A DNA stretch of 62,367 nucleotides, filler included, from Chrysochromulina tobinii (GCA_001275005.1; 5 parts of 5 records of this genome joined end to end with filler, not necessarily neighbours in it); one strand, 5' to 3'; counted from the first letter of the whole stretch, positions 9,924 through 21,680 are shown. Notes: generated by a model not told the origin, from the letters alone. Program-made: numbers and translations.

Positions 9924-12900
9924 TCAGACAGCCTCCCAGTCCTCATCAGTAAGGTCCTTTGCGGGTGTGGCCGGCGCTGTCGTTCGTACGGGCCGTGGCG
10001 TCGCGCCCGATACGGCGCCCGATACGGCGCCCGGGACGGCGTGTCCGCCGTGGCTCCTCGACAGCGCTGCAAGCTCGATGCCATCGTCCTCATCGGGCGC
10101 CGTTTTGGGCGGCGCCGTACTGGGCGTCGCGATCGCCGGCTCCTTCCTCCTCTGCCCGGCCACTTCCCGATCACGAGCGGCGAGCAGCTGATCGATGTGG
10201 CTCATGGATCGAGCGCCGCCCTGAGCGCCGCCCTGGGCGCCGCCCGGGGGCATGCTGCCGGGGAAGGCTCCCGGGGTCTCGATTTCACTGCCAAGGAAGG
10301 CTCCGGGGGTCTCGACGCCAAAGGCCTCGCCCAATTGCTCGCGAAACGAGGGCGGCGCGACTCTACCTTCTGTGGAATCGAAGTCCGGCGCCGTGATGGA
10401 GTCTTTCATCTCTTCTTCATCCGAAGCATCGACGCGCGGCGACACGTCAGGGGTGTCTGTACCTGATGAGGAATGCCATCAAGGGTGTCATTTGAGGCCA
10501 TCAGAGGCCATCAGACGCAATCAGAGGTCATCAGACGTATCGAGGCAATAGAGCTCATCAGAGGTCATCAGAGGCCATCAGAGGTCATCAGAGGTCATCA
10601 GAGGTCATCAGACGTACCGAGCCAATAGAGGAGATCATCCTCAGAGACGCACCCGTCCCGATCGAGATCGAGCGTGATCATAAGGGCCGTGAGATCGAAG
10701 TGGAAGCGTACGGGTACGCCCGCGGCCTGCATGCAAAGCGCACGTGAGGTTCACATGGCCATCGGTGGCATGCATGAATGCATGCAAAGGGCACTTGAGG
10801 TTCACATGGCCATCGGTGGCACTCAGCAATACTCAACGGCACTCGGTGGTCATCAGCGGCCATCAGTGGCCATCCGTGGCAATGGAGAGGCAATCAGTCG
10901 TCATCAGCGGCCATCAGCGGCCATGACTTTTGACATCAGAGGCAATCAGAGCTGATGACGCCTGATTACCTGCAACATCATCTTCAGCCCAAATCGGGAG
11001 AGAGGTTCGCCATCCGTCGCCGCGTGCCGGAAGGCGGCGAGGAGACTCGTCTGGTCGGGTAGCGCCCGCCGCAGCGCGCTCAGTTTGGAGGAGACGCGAT
11101 AGCCAACGAGAAGGTGGAGGAAGGCGAGCACCTGGACGACGACCATTCGTGACCATCAGTGACCATCAGTCGCAATCAATGGTCATCAGTGACCATCAGT
11201 GACCATCAGTCGCAATCAGTGGCCATCAAGGACACTCCTCAATCCAATCTCGAGCGCACCTCGAGCAGTCGCAATCAGTGGTCATCAAAGACACTCCTCA
11301 ATCCAATCTCGAGCGCACCTCGAGCAGTCGCAATCAGTGGTCATCAAGGACACTCCTCAATCCAATCTCGAGCGCACCTCGAGCAGTCGCAATCAGAGGT
11401 CATCAAGGACACTCCTCAATCCAATCTCGAGCGCACCTCGAGCAGTCGCAATCAGTGGTCATCAAGGACACTCCTCAATCCAATCTCGAGCGCACCTCGA
11501 GCAGGTAGCCAGAGTCAGACCAACTCGAGAGGAGTGTGAGCGCCATCACCAAGTACACCACACCGCGCGCCGTAGGGTGCATCATCGCGGACGCATAGCG
11601 CAGCAGGTGAAGCGCTGTGCGCCTCGTCACTTCGATTCGCAATTCTGCGGCAGGCACAGAGACGCATACCGATCGCAATCAGTGGTGATCAGAGGCCATC
11701 AGTGTGTTCATCAGTGGCAATCAATGGTCATCAGTGGCCATTGCAGGCGCCACTCTGTCCGCGTCGTCTTGGGCGCGAATGCGGGCGCCATCACGCCATC
11801 ACGCCATCACGCACCGATGATGAGCATCAGGAGCGCCGTGACGAGCATGTACACGTGGATCACGAGGGAGGGCAGCTGTAAGTATGACGAGTCTACGATG
11901 ATGCTCACGATGATGAGCGGGAACAAGAGCACGTTCACCAGCACGGCGTATCGGCCGAGGTCGTGCCGCATCACCCAAGACATGCGCACCTGCCGAGTGA
12001 CGAAGCTCATGTGACGAAGCTCATGTGACGAAGCTCATGTGACGAAGCTCATGTGACGAAGCTCGTGTGACGAAGCTCGTGTGACGAAGCTCGTGTGACG
12101 AAGCTCGTGTGACGAAGCTCGAGTGACGAAGCTCGTGTGACGAAGCTCGTGTGACGAAGCTCGAGTGACGAAGCTCGTGTGACGAAGCTCGTGTGACGAA
12201 GCTCGAGTGGCAATTGATAGGTGATCAACGGCAATCAAGGCAATCAACGCACCCAGTCTTGGAGTGAGAGCGGCCTGGCTGAGCGACGGTTAGCATGCCG
12301 CTTGAGCTGCCGCCCGATGTGGCCGTAGTACCAGAAGAGGAGCGCACCTGCAATCAGAGGCAATCAGAGGCAATTAGAGCTCATCAGGGCACTGAGAGGC
12401 CGTAGTCCCAAAAGAGGAACACAGTGCGCCACGTCGATCTCGAGGGACGCAATCAGGAGGCAATCAGGAGGCACTCAGCCTGCACTCAGCATGCACTCAG
12501 CCTCACACCTTCATCGAGCCATCAGCCTGCAATCAGCCTGCACTCAGCCTGCACTCAGCCTGCACTCAGCCACACACCTTCATCGAGCCGGCCGCAGCGC
12601 GCCACGTCGATCTCGAGGAACACACATTGCAGCTGCATGTTCGTGAAATTCACGCCCAGGTCTTGAAACAGGAGGCGAGCGGCCGCGTGATGCAGCCCCA
12701 CCTGCGAGCAACGAGGGACGCAATCAGCATGCAATCATCATGCAATCATAATGTAATCAGCATGCAATCAGCCTCTCAAAGAGGAGGCGAGCGGCCGCGT
12801 GGCGCATGCGATGAGGGTCGCAATCAACATGCAATCAACATGCAATCAACATGTAATCAGCATGCAATCAGCATGCAATCAGCATGCAATCAGCCTACCT

Positions 12901-15264
12901 CCGCCAGCCCGTCCGGCTCGGCACGCTTGCGATACGCTTCGACGAGATGAGATGCAATCAGTCTTCGCCGGAGCCGTTTGAGCTTCAGAGCGACGTACCT
13001 GCAAGCAATGAGGGACGGCAATCAGCATGCAATTAAGATGCAATCAGTCTTCGCCGGAGCCATTTGAGCTTTAGAGCGACGTACGAGCCGATTGCGACGT
13101 TGTACGCTCCGAAGATGAGCATCGCGATGCCCGCGAGCATGTGGGAGGTGAGGTGCGTGGAGGCGGGGCCCACCCTGAGCAGCATGCAAGTGACATGCAA
13201 TCAGCGGCAATCAAGAGGCACTCAGAAGTGCAATCAAGGGTCATCAGTGGCCCTCCATCGTGTGCACCGCAGGTCGAAGGCGAGCAGGCCGGTCATGCAA
13301 TGAGGGACGCAATCAGCATGCAATCAGCCTACCGCAGGTCGAAGGCGAGCAGGCCGGTCATGCAATAGAAGACGCCTCGTCCCGAGGCGACGCGCAGAAA
13401 GGCGAGCGACTGCTCGATCGGGCGTGCCATGTGATCTCGGAGCAATCTCGAGTTGATCTCGAGCTCGAGCGCACACATGATGAAGGCGCACACGCAGAGG
13501 TACACGTCGAGCACGAGCGGCAGGAGGTGGGGGGTCGATGCCCATCGCGCCCAGTCGGCCGTTTCGGGATCGCAATATGTGCCGAGCTCCGTGTAGCACT
13601 CGGGGACGCGCGTCCACAAGACCGACAGGATCTGTATCAGCCCGACGAAGGTGACGAGGAGCAGGAACCAGCCGACGAGAAAGCCGACCATGGATCGGTC
13701 CTCTGGGTTGGCGGCATACGCGCGGCGCACCTGCATGCAATGAGGGACACAATCAGCATGCAATCCGCAGGCAATCCGAAGGCAATCCGAATGCAATCCA
13801 TATGCAATCCGAATGCAATCAGTATGCAATCCGAATGCAATCCGTATGCAATCCGAAGGCAATCCGAAGGCAATCCGTATGCAATCCGAATGCAATCCGA
13901 ATGCAATCCATATGCAATCCGAATGCAATCAGCGCACTGTCTTCGCCTCATGGCGCACGAGGGCCAACGAGATACGAGACGGGGTGAGACTCAGCCGACC
14001 GTTGAGCTGGCGCATCGAGATTGCGAGCTCGACCCACGTCGCCGCCTCGAGGTAGGCCGCGGCCTCTAGCAGCGGCCCAACCTCGCCGATCTGCCGCGCG
14101 AGACGCGCCTGCTCGAGCGGAGTGCAATCAGCGCTCATCAGTCGCAATCAAGAGGCAATCAACCTCGCCGATCTGCCGCGCGAGACGCGCCTGCTCGAGC
14201 GGAGTGCAATCAGCGCTCATCAGTCGCAATCAAGAGGCAATCAACCTCGCCGATCTGCCGCGCGAGACGCGCCTGCTCGAGCGGAGTGAGCGCGAGCAGG
14301 CGTGCATGCAGGCTCTTCAGTGACGAAACCTCGGGGCATTCTCCCGCCGCCAGCGCCGCCAATGTCTTCCACAGCGTTCCGATCATCGTTGGCTCAAGCT
14401 CCGCGCGTCCTGCGCCGAGAGGAGCGGGCGCCGTGGTGAGCACGTGCATGCGTGCCCGGTCGGCGGGCGCGTCCCCGCGGCGAGGAGGCACCGGCCGCTT
14501 GGCGCGCCGTGGTGAGCACGTGCATGCTGGGGTTCAAAGGCCGGCGCCGCGGTGAGCACGTGCATGCTGGGGTTCAAAGGCCGGCGCGTACCGGCAGCGA
14601 GGAGGCACAGGCAGCTCGTCGCGCCGTCGAGCTCCAAGGTGACCGCGGCGTGCGCCGAGAGAGGGAGCGCACGGAACGCGATTAGCAGCGGCGCGAGCGC
14701 CTCGGGCTGCTCGAGCAGCGCCTCCGCCTCCCGCTTCGCCTCCGCCACGTCGTCACACAAAAGGATCGGTCGAAGCGTCGGCCACAGAGCGCCGGCTGTC
14801 TCTGTCGGCATCTGACAGAGCGCGAGCGCGGCGGCGGCGCGCGTAGCATCGAGCGAGCCGAGCAAGGTCGGGTGCAGCTGCGCGGGCGTCGCGTTGAAGG
14901 CGCTGTGCAGCGTCTCGAACTCGTCAGAGGACACCTCTGGAGCACTCGGCTGGCTCCTCTCGCGCCGGTCGTCGAGCACGCGCAGCAGCGAGGCGAGCGG
15001 CTCGCTGCGCTCGGCGGGAAGAGAGAGCGCGTATGTTAGCAATTCGCGCTGGTCATCGCGCGCGGCGTGCGTGACCAACTCCGAATACTGCACGGCGCGG
15101 TCCATGCCTTGGAGCTGATCGAATATGTCGAGCAGCGCAGAAAGCGGCAGCGGTGGGCCGTGGCGTTCGTCGTCGTCCTGGGCAAAGGAGTCTCGGCCGG
15201 CCGCACGAAGTGAGTCCTTGTCAGTTGATGAGACGTACTTGCTCGACTGCGTTCGCGACGGCAT
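9924..15264 (-). CDS. Multi-exon membrane protein with two COPI-associated (TVP15-like) membrane modules, each followed by an EF-hand-like region
   Basis: Exons give LAFLRVASGRGVFYCMTGLL and RYASAMMHPTARGVVYLVMAL (COPI_assoc-like F/Y...GRGxFY pattern), hydrophobic helices, EF loop DLDRDGCVSEDD (about 10635-10670) and a degenerate loop EIDVARCGRLDEG. Many repeat-filled introns. Last exon ends DLTDEDWEAV*. Confidence 0.65.
11207..11504. repeat. 59-bp tandem repeat, 5 copies, intronic; each copy includes the exon end and 5' splice site
   Basis: CAGTCGCAATCAGTGGTCATCAAGGACACTCCTCAATCCAATCTCGAGCGCACCTCGAG; reads CTCGAG|GTGCG on the minus strand. Confidence 0.9.
11997..12209. repeat. 14-bp minisatellite, about 15 copies, intronic
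   Basis: GTGACGAAGCTC(AT/GT/GA) repeated. Confidence 0.9.
13758..13930. repeat. 10-bp intronic repeat array
   Basis: ATGCAATCCG / AGGCAATCCG variants in tandem. Confidence 0.85.
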
Positions 15265-15807
15265 TGAGCGGGCGATCGAGCGAGCGATGCGGTGCGTTGC
15301 GGGTGGGGCAGAGGGGGCAGGGTCAGGAGGAGAAGCTGAAAGTGTGAATGGTCGACAAAGTGTGACCCAAGTTCGGTTACATTTCCTAAGTCAAGTCCAG
15401 CCAAGTCAGGTCAAGTCAGGTCAAGTCAAGCTCCGTGTGCGGGACGCATGCGCATGTCATTCCAGAGACCTGGAATTATTGCGGAGTCCCGCGCTCCGGG
15501 GGCTCCGCACTTTAACTACCGCTGAGCGCGCGACATAGGATTTACATGGCTCCTCGCGGGGCTTTCGCGGCCATACGCCGGCCGTACGTCAAGTGCGAGG
15601 CGGGGAGGGCGCGAGGCGGGGCGTGCGCTCGGACATTTTGGTCGAGCGGTGGGCTGGTGAGGGTGGTCAAGCGCTCTCCGGCTCGGAGCGTGCTCGCCCA
15701 TCCTCGGCGGCGTGCGCGAACGCCAAACGGGCTGTTTGGGCGGTCGCGGCCCAAGGTGGGCGCCGCAGGCGGAATGGCGCGGTCGCGCCGGCGCGTCGCG
15801 CCCACGC

Positions 15808-15907
15808 NNNNNNNNNNNNNNNNNNNNNNNNNNNNNNNNNNNNNNNNNNNNTTAATTAATTAANNNNNNNNNNNNNNNNNNNNNNNNNNNNNNNNNNNNN
15901 NNNNNNN
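15808..15907. other. Artificial contig-joining spacer
   Basis: 44 N + TTAATTAATTAA (stops in all frames) + 44 N. Confidence 0.97.
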
Positions 15908-15909
15908 GC

Positions 15910-15910
15910 T

Positions 15911-15963
<53 letters not shown>

Positions 15964-16776
15964 GCCGCCACCGCCGCCACCGCCGCCACCGCCGCGATAG
16001 GAATAGGAGACGAGGACGGCGGCGCTCAGGACCGCGCGTCCGACGGCGGCGCGAGTAACAGCTTCGCCTCGGGTGGGCCTCGAGCACCTCCGACGTGTGA
16101 ATTCACAACTCGAGGACCTCCGACGGTGTCTGCGCTCGCCAAAGACCTCATCTCGCGCCTGCTGAAGCTCGAGCCGATGGAGAGATACTCTGCTCGGGAG
16201 ACGTTACAGCACCCGTGGTTTGCCTCGTGGAAGGTGGGAGAGGACGGCGCACCCGAGGAGGTGCGATCTCCCTTGATTGCCTCTCTCATCCGAGCACAGG
16301 GGACTCGCCTTTTGGAGGAGAAGGAGCGAAGCGTCGGAGGGCGTCCGATGACCTCTGATGGCGTCTCTGTTGACCTCCCTGATGCCCCCACTGATGGCCT
16401 TCCTCATCAGGTGAGCACCGATCAGCTCTCGACGGTGCATGAGATGATGCGCGGCTTCATCGCGGCGCGCCGTCTCAAGCGCGCCGGGCTCGTAGTGCTT
16501 GCGTGCGGCCGATTCCGCCTCGTCGCTCTTGGATGGCCCTCCGATGGGCCGTGCCCTAATATGGCAGGGTGCCCATCCGATGCGGCCTTGCAAGCCTCCG
16601 ACGGAGGCTCTGACAAATCGCCCGGCTTGAGAAGCATCGGAGCGTCGCAAGCAGAGAAGCATCGCAACGACGCAACGACCCCAGCCTTTGCCACTCCCAT
16701 GACCCTTTTTGAGCCGGACCGCCCTCCACCTCTTGCCTTGGGGAACTCACAACATGACATTCAGTCATCTCCATAA
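15910..16776 (+). CDS. 5'-partial CAMK-group Ser/Thr kinase: subdomain XI plus a calmodulin-binding-like tail
   Basis: VSALAKDLISRLLKLEPMERYSARETLQHPWF; after probable intron 16261-16410, MRGFIAARRLKRAGLVV resembles the CaMK FNARRKLK regulatory segment. Catalytic core is not in this contig. ORF 16795-17370 may be a further exon. Confidence 0.65.
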
Positions 16777-18579
16777 TAGATCTCGCTTCATTGAATGGTA
16801 AATAGGATTTTCAATTTCGAATCGCGCGAGCTGCGCACAACCACGTCGATAGCCTTCGCAAGAGGAAGCCCGATGTCGCGACCGAGATCCCCGCGAGTGC
16901 GCGGTGGGAACATCTTCAATGATTGCTCCTCCGAGGACGGGAGCCATCACAGCGGGACCGCGTTTGAGGGATTCACCACCTTCGCAGTTGAAGGGGGATT
17001 GCTCGTCTTCCGTAGCGAGAATTCGTACTCGGACCTTTCTCAGCTGGCCCGCGCATCCCCGAGCATGTCCAGGCTGGTTTCACCAGACTCCATCATCAGC
17101 CAGACACCATCGTTGAATAAATGGTATCAACGATCTGACGTGGCCGCTCCATCAATGCTGAGAGCTGGCCGATCGCCCGCAGCATCCCCGAAGTGCGAGC
17201 CCAGGCGAGACATAAACTGCAGGATGCCTGACGCCGAGGACGAGGGGCGCGCGCCTCGACAGGCGCGAGCATCCACGCGATGGGACTATGGCGAATGGGA
17301 TCAGCTCGCCCTGTCCAGCAGCAGCGCTTTGACGAGCAGCAGCGGTTGCAGCGCCATGCAGCAGCGCTAGCTGCGAAGTGGCTTTGTTCACCTATACCCA
17401 ACACCTACCCACTAGGCCACTAGACGCGCTGATAGACGCGCGCATTGACAGTTTAACGACAGGTGTCACATTCATATATTTTCACATTCATATGAAAATA
17501 GGTGCCGTGAGTCGCTTAGGGACCGGCGACACCGTGGCGCCCCGGCCCCGCCCCCTGATCGCGGACGTGCCCCACGCGCGCGCGCCGGACGAGCGTGCTC
17601 CGCGTGCACCGCGCGCCCGGGCCCGCGTCGGCCTGGGATGCGAGAGACGAGGTCCGCTCGGTGGAGGGCCGCGGGGCGGCGCGACCGCCGGCGCGCCGGT
17701 TTAACGCGCAGTGCCGCGTCTGCCAGGGAGGAGCACATGCCACATGGCGGAGCGCTGCGAGCCGGATCCGATATCCCGTCTCGCCGTCCTGTTCGCTGTT
17801 GTAACGTCCTTGGTCCTAGGCTCCTAGCCCACTTCCGGAACCGGCCGGTCCCGCCGCCGCGCGCCGGGTCGCCAAACCGCGTCCAATCGATCCAACCCAA
17901 CGCGACCCGCGCGGGCCGCGGCGGCATCTCTTCCCGGGTTTCCTGGGGGGGTGAGATCCAATCTCCGCCGCGTTCCCCTTAACGGTCTCCGCCCCGGACG
18001 CCCGAGTCGCGAGTGGCTGGTGCCTGCGCGGGTGCGCGGAAACGGACCGACGCGGACGAACACGTGAAAGCGTTTCACTTTGAGACCGTCGATACGCCGG
18101 GCGGCGGATCGCACGAGGCGGTCCGACTCCGAGGACGGATTTCGCAGATAGCACGTGAATGTATTTGTAATTTGAATACCGCGTTCGTCGTATAAATATG
18201 GCCGGTTAGACGGGGCGAGGTTTGCGTTTGGCGCACGAGGCACACGAGCGGAACGGAAGCACGAGGTCACTGTTCATTTCGTTTTCTATTCATCGACGAA
18301 TCCTCATCCAATAATGTAGCCCATGCCTATACTGCTCGCGGCCGGCGTGAAGAAGTGGTTAAGCGACCGGGCGGCGGGCTGCTGCCCCTCTCTCACTGCC
18401 AAAGTCGTTCGAGCCCTCCAGCCACGCGGGCCTCGAGGGGACACACACGGTTGCCCATCGCCCCCCCGCCGCCCGGCCGGTCAAAGCAACGGGCTATTGC
18501 AATGCGCAACTTGGCCTCAGCCCCCCTAGACCGAAGTAATCAAGCTTCCATCCGCCCACCTCGGCTGCATAGAGTGAGC

Positions 18580-18988
18580 TCAGAAGTGTTCGATGGCGAA
18601 CGTGAGGACGGAGCGGTGCTGCGCCGAGCGCAGCAGCTTGCGGTGCGGCTCATTGGGCTTGGAGCGGTAGCCGGTGCACAGCAGCGGCGCTGAAGTGCCC
18701 TGCTCGGCGCAGAGTCCAAGCAATGCGCGCGTGCCAAGAGCCACGAAGTGGCCAGTGGGCAGCCTCGCAAAGAGGCTGTGAATGGACAGGCCGGCGTCGC
18801 GGGCGTGCACGAGGAGCGATTCCTTGGTGGGCGGCGCGCGGACCGCCGCGAAGCCACCCGTCGTCGAGCTGACGAGTGCGAAGACCGCATTCGACTTGAG
18901 CGCCGACTTGAGCAGCGACTCGGCGGCCACCTCATGTGCCATGGCCTTGCGTATCTGTCGCTGCCGGCGAGTCAGCTTGGGTGGGTTG

Positions 18989-19027
<39 letters not shown>

Positions 19028-19812
19028 TTGGGCGGCGATGCGGCGGGCGGCAGAGGCTCATACCACGGCTCACAGTCGACGTGTCGGTGCCCAAAGGAGC
19101 CTTTACGTACCAAGACGCTCGAGCAATTGGCATGGGTGTAGCACCATGGCGTCTGACCGGGCGCGATCGCATCTTCCCACGCCTTGCACGAGGCGCCATA
19201 CCCGTGCTTGTTGCTGTATCCGCTGCACGCGCACCCGTCCGGGGCGCGCCAGCCGGCCAGGGGCGCGTACGGCGTCGAGCCGCCGAGGTCGTCCTGGTAC
19301 ATCCCCCCCTCGCCCGTCACCTCCGCGTCGCACCGCTGGTGCTTGAGCCCAAACGAGCCCTTGTTAGCGACGGCGGCGCAGTCGTCGTCCACGTAGCACC
19401 ACGGCGCCTCGTACTCCTCCTCCCACGCGGCGCAGTGGCCGCCGAAGCCGTACGCGTTCGAGAAGCCATTGCAATGGCAGCCCGAGCGCGTCACCATCGA
19501 AGGTCGCGTGCCATCCGCCTCCAGCTGCAGCTCCGCTTCGCGCGCGCTCAGGAGCGCCACCATGGACGGCGCCACTGGCACGAGCAACCACGCCTCCGGA
19601 CCGCTGTTGTTGCCTCCAAGTCTGACGGCGCCGTCGCTCGCAGACACGGTCAAATACACGCCCAGGGAGCTGTGCAGGCGCACGCGACTGCCCGCAGAGG
19701 CAGTGGCGAGCAGATGGCCGCCGATGGTGGTGCGGGCGTACACCAGGATTCCAAGGCAGGCGCCGAGGAGCGCGACAGCCACGCCGGCAACGAAAGCGAG
19801 AGTCCTCGTCAT
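18580..19812 (-). CDS. N-terminally anchored protein with two Cys-rich kringle-like repeats, a poly-Pro linker and fascin/beta-trefoil-like segments
   Basis: Hydrophobic N-terminus; CxCxG(F/Y)SNxxG(F/Y)GxxCxAWE...PWCY...C...KGSFGxxHxxC twice; intronless 410 aa. Confidence 0.7.
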
Positions 19813-19835
19813 TTCGAGAAGAATGTGAGTGTTCC

Positions 19836-19863
19836 TGTGAACGTTAACACGACAGACGCGACA
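19836..19863 (-). promoter_or_regulatory. Conserved gene-upstream motif, copy 1
   Basis: TGTGAACGTTAACACGACAGACGCGACA, identical to 62107-62134; 23 nt upstream of the ATG at 19812. Confidence 0.55.
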
Positions 19864-20525
19864 ATGCTACGTCACTATTTGACCCCATGTGCTGTGGGTT
19901 GTACAGTCGAACATCAGTCGTCGAAGATACATGTATGGTGTTGCAACATGCCGGTAGTATACAAGTAAACGGAACTGACCCCCGCGGTGTCTTTTTTACC
20001 GTAAATAGACACCGGGGGGAGCCGTCACACAAACGGGACACACGGGGACACACGGGTACGGATCTCCGGTACTTTTGTCCGCGATCCGGGGTGTGGCGTG
20101 GTATGCGTATGGCGCGTGAACGTTCACACGATATTCACACGACACACGCGACAACCGGTGCGCGAGTCGGTGGGCTTTGATGTTGGTTCGTGAGGTGATT
20201 CGTGTGTCTGTCTCGTGTGTCGGTGTGTCTCCCCGCCCCGGGTGTTTTTGAACCCGGGTATACTTGGAGTTCAGAAGAGTTCTCGAGTTGACCTCGGTAC
20301 AGTAGGAATTTAAGTAGGAATAGCTAGGGCGGAGTTCGTCAGGACCCGAGACCCAGTCAGTCAGTCGATTTCTCGTCGCGTTTCCCCTGCGCCACCCAGC
20401 GCGCTCATCTCTCAAAGGGACATCGATCGGATGTCGGGTTAGAAAGGGCCCTTCCTCCCTCTCCTACTTGCATACTCAGTGATCCTGAGAACCGCCGATT
20501 CGGCCGTTTTGGCTCAATTCAGTCG

Positions 20526-21680
20526 TCATGCGCGTCCGTTGGCGGTGCCCTCTCCCTCCACCCCGCCCTTGAATGGATGGGATGCGAGCCACGCGCGCAC
20601 GTCAGCCGCCTCCCCGGTGGCTGCCTGTGCTCGGCTCGCTGCGAGGAGGTGGTCGGTGAGTCGCCCGAGTACAGCCCGCGACGTGGCACACGCGCCCTCG
20701 TCGGAGTGCGCGCCACACCACGTCTCGATGATCAGCACATTTGAAGGAGACAGGGGACACTTACCTGGAGTATCGTCGACCAGGACGGTCGAGGTGGCAG
20801 TATGTCCTTGTGCCCGGGGATCAGCCCAGATGCGAGAGAGATTCCGCAGTAACCGCCACGGCGCCAAGCTCGGCACGCGCAGCGGCAGCAGCGGCAGTCC
20901 CACGTCGTTCCGAAAGTGGAAGTCGTCCCCGGCAAAAAGCGCCAGCTGCGGCAGCGCCCGCCTCAACAACGAGCGCACCATCGCCGCCTCCGCAGCCGCC
21001 TCCGCAGCCGCCGTCTCAGCTGCCTCTTCCGCCGCCTCTACGAGAGCCTTGACCGCACGTCGCGCATTCTTCGGCTGCATGGAGGTGCAGAAACCGAGAT
21101 CGAGGTGCTTGCAGAGCGTCAAATCCAGCAGCAGCGGCAGCGCGCCCGGCCGCACCACAAATGGTGCCGTCGCCGTGTCGCGGTGAACAAGCGTGCCGTT
21201 GAGGTCGAGCAGCACAAGCAAAGGCCGGCGCGCCTCCGGCGTCGGCACCGCGTCCGCGGCCGCTGCATCGCTGCAGTCGCCGTGCTCGGTCGCTGGCACG
21301 GTGCCCTCACGCCCGTCGTGCGCTTGCTCATTCATGGGCTCGCCCGCTGCGTCGCGTTGCCGTTTCGCCGCGCGCTTTTGCGCCCTCGACCACCTTGCTC
21401 GTGGTCGTGGCGAGGCTGCTGGGACAGTAGCAGGCGGCTGGTCAGGAGCGGGCGGCAGGTTGGCAGCGGGCGGCAGGCTGGATCGTTCTCGCTTCGCCAC
21501 AGCCGTGCCAGCTGCCGATGCGTGGTTAGGTGCAGGTGGATCATTGGCGTTATGCGTCTGCCCAGCAAGCCCGGGCTCGTCTCGTAGTGCCGTAGAGATC
21601 TTTCTCTTCAATCGCTTGACTCGGGAACTTGTGTCGGAGTGCTGAAAGTCGTCACCTTCATTGCGCGCCCTCATCGGCAT
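20526..21680 (-). CDS. FCP1/NIF-homology HAD-superfamily phosphatase-like protein
   Basis: LLVLLDLNGTLVHR, VVRPG, CTSMQPKNA, RNLSRIW, TVLVDDTPGKC..SPSNVLII. Confidence 0.85.
   Translation of the reverse strand: MPMRARNEGDDFQHSDTSSRVKRLKRKISTALRDEPGLAGQTHNANDPPAPNHASAAGTAVAKRERSSLPPAANLPPAPDQPPATVPAASPRPRARWSRAQKRAAKRQRDAAGEPMNEQAHDGREGTVPATEHGDCSDAAAADAVPTPEARRPLLVLLDLNGTLVHRDTATAPFVVRPGALPLLLDLTLCKHLDLGFCTSMQPKNARRAVKALVEAAEEAAETAAAEAAAEAAMVRSLLRRALPQLALFAGDDFHFRNDVGLPLLPLRVPSLAPWRLLRNLSRIWADPRAQGHTATSTVLVDDTPGKCPLSPSNVLIIETWCGAHSDEGACATSRAVLGRLTDHLLAASRAQAATGEAADVRAWLASHPFKGGVEGEGTANGRA

Noticed and set aside
11207..12209. Regular repeat arrays as CRISPR
   Set aside because: Head-to-tail repeats without unique spacers, inside eukaryotic introns, no cas genes
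15808..15907. TTAATTAATTAA palindrome within N runs (four occurrences)
   Set aside because: Identical 100-nt layout each time; an assembly joiner, not biology
17400..18570. GC-rich 1.2-kb region with several short ORFs
   Set aside because: No recognisable motif, RNA gene or repeat structure that I can support
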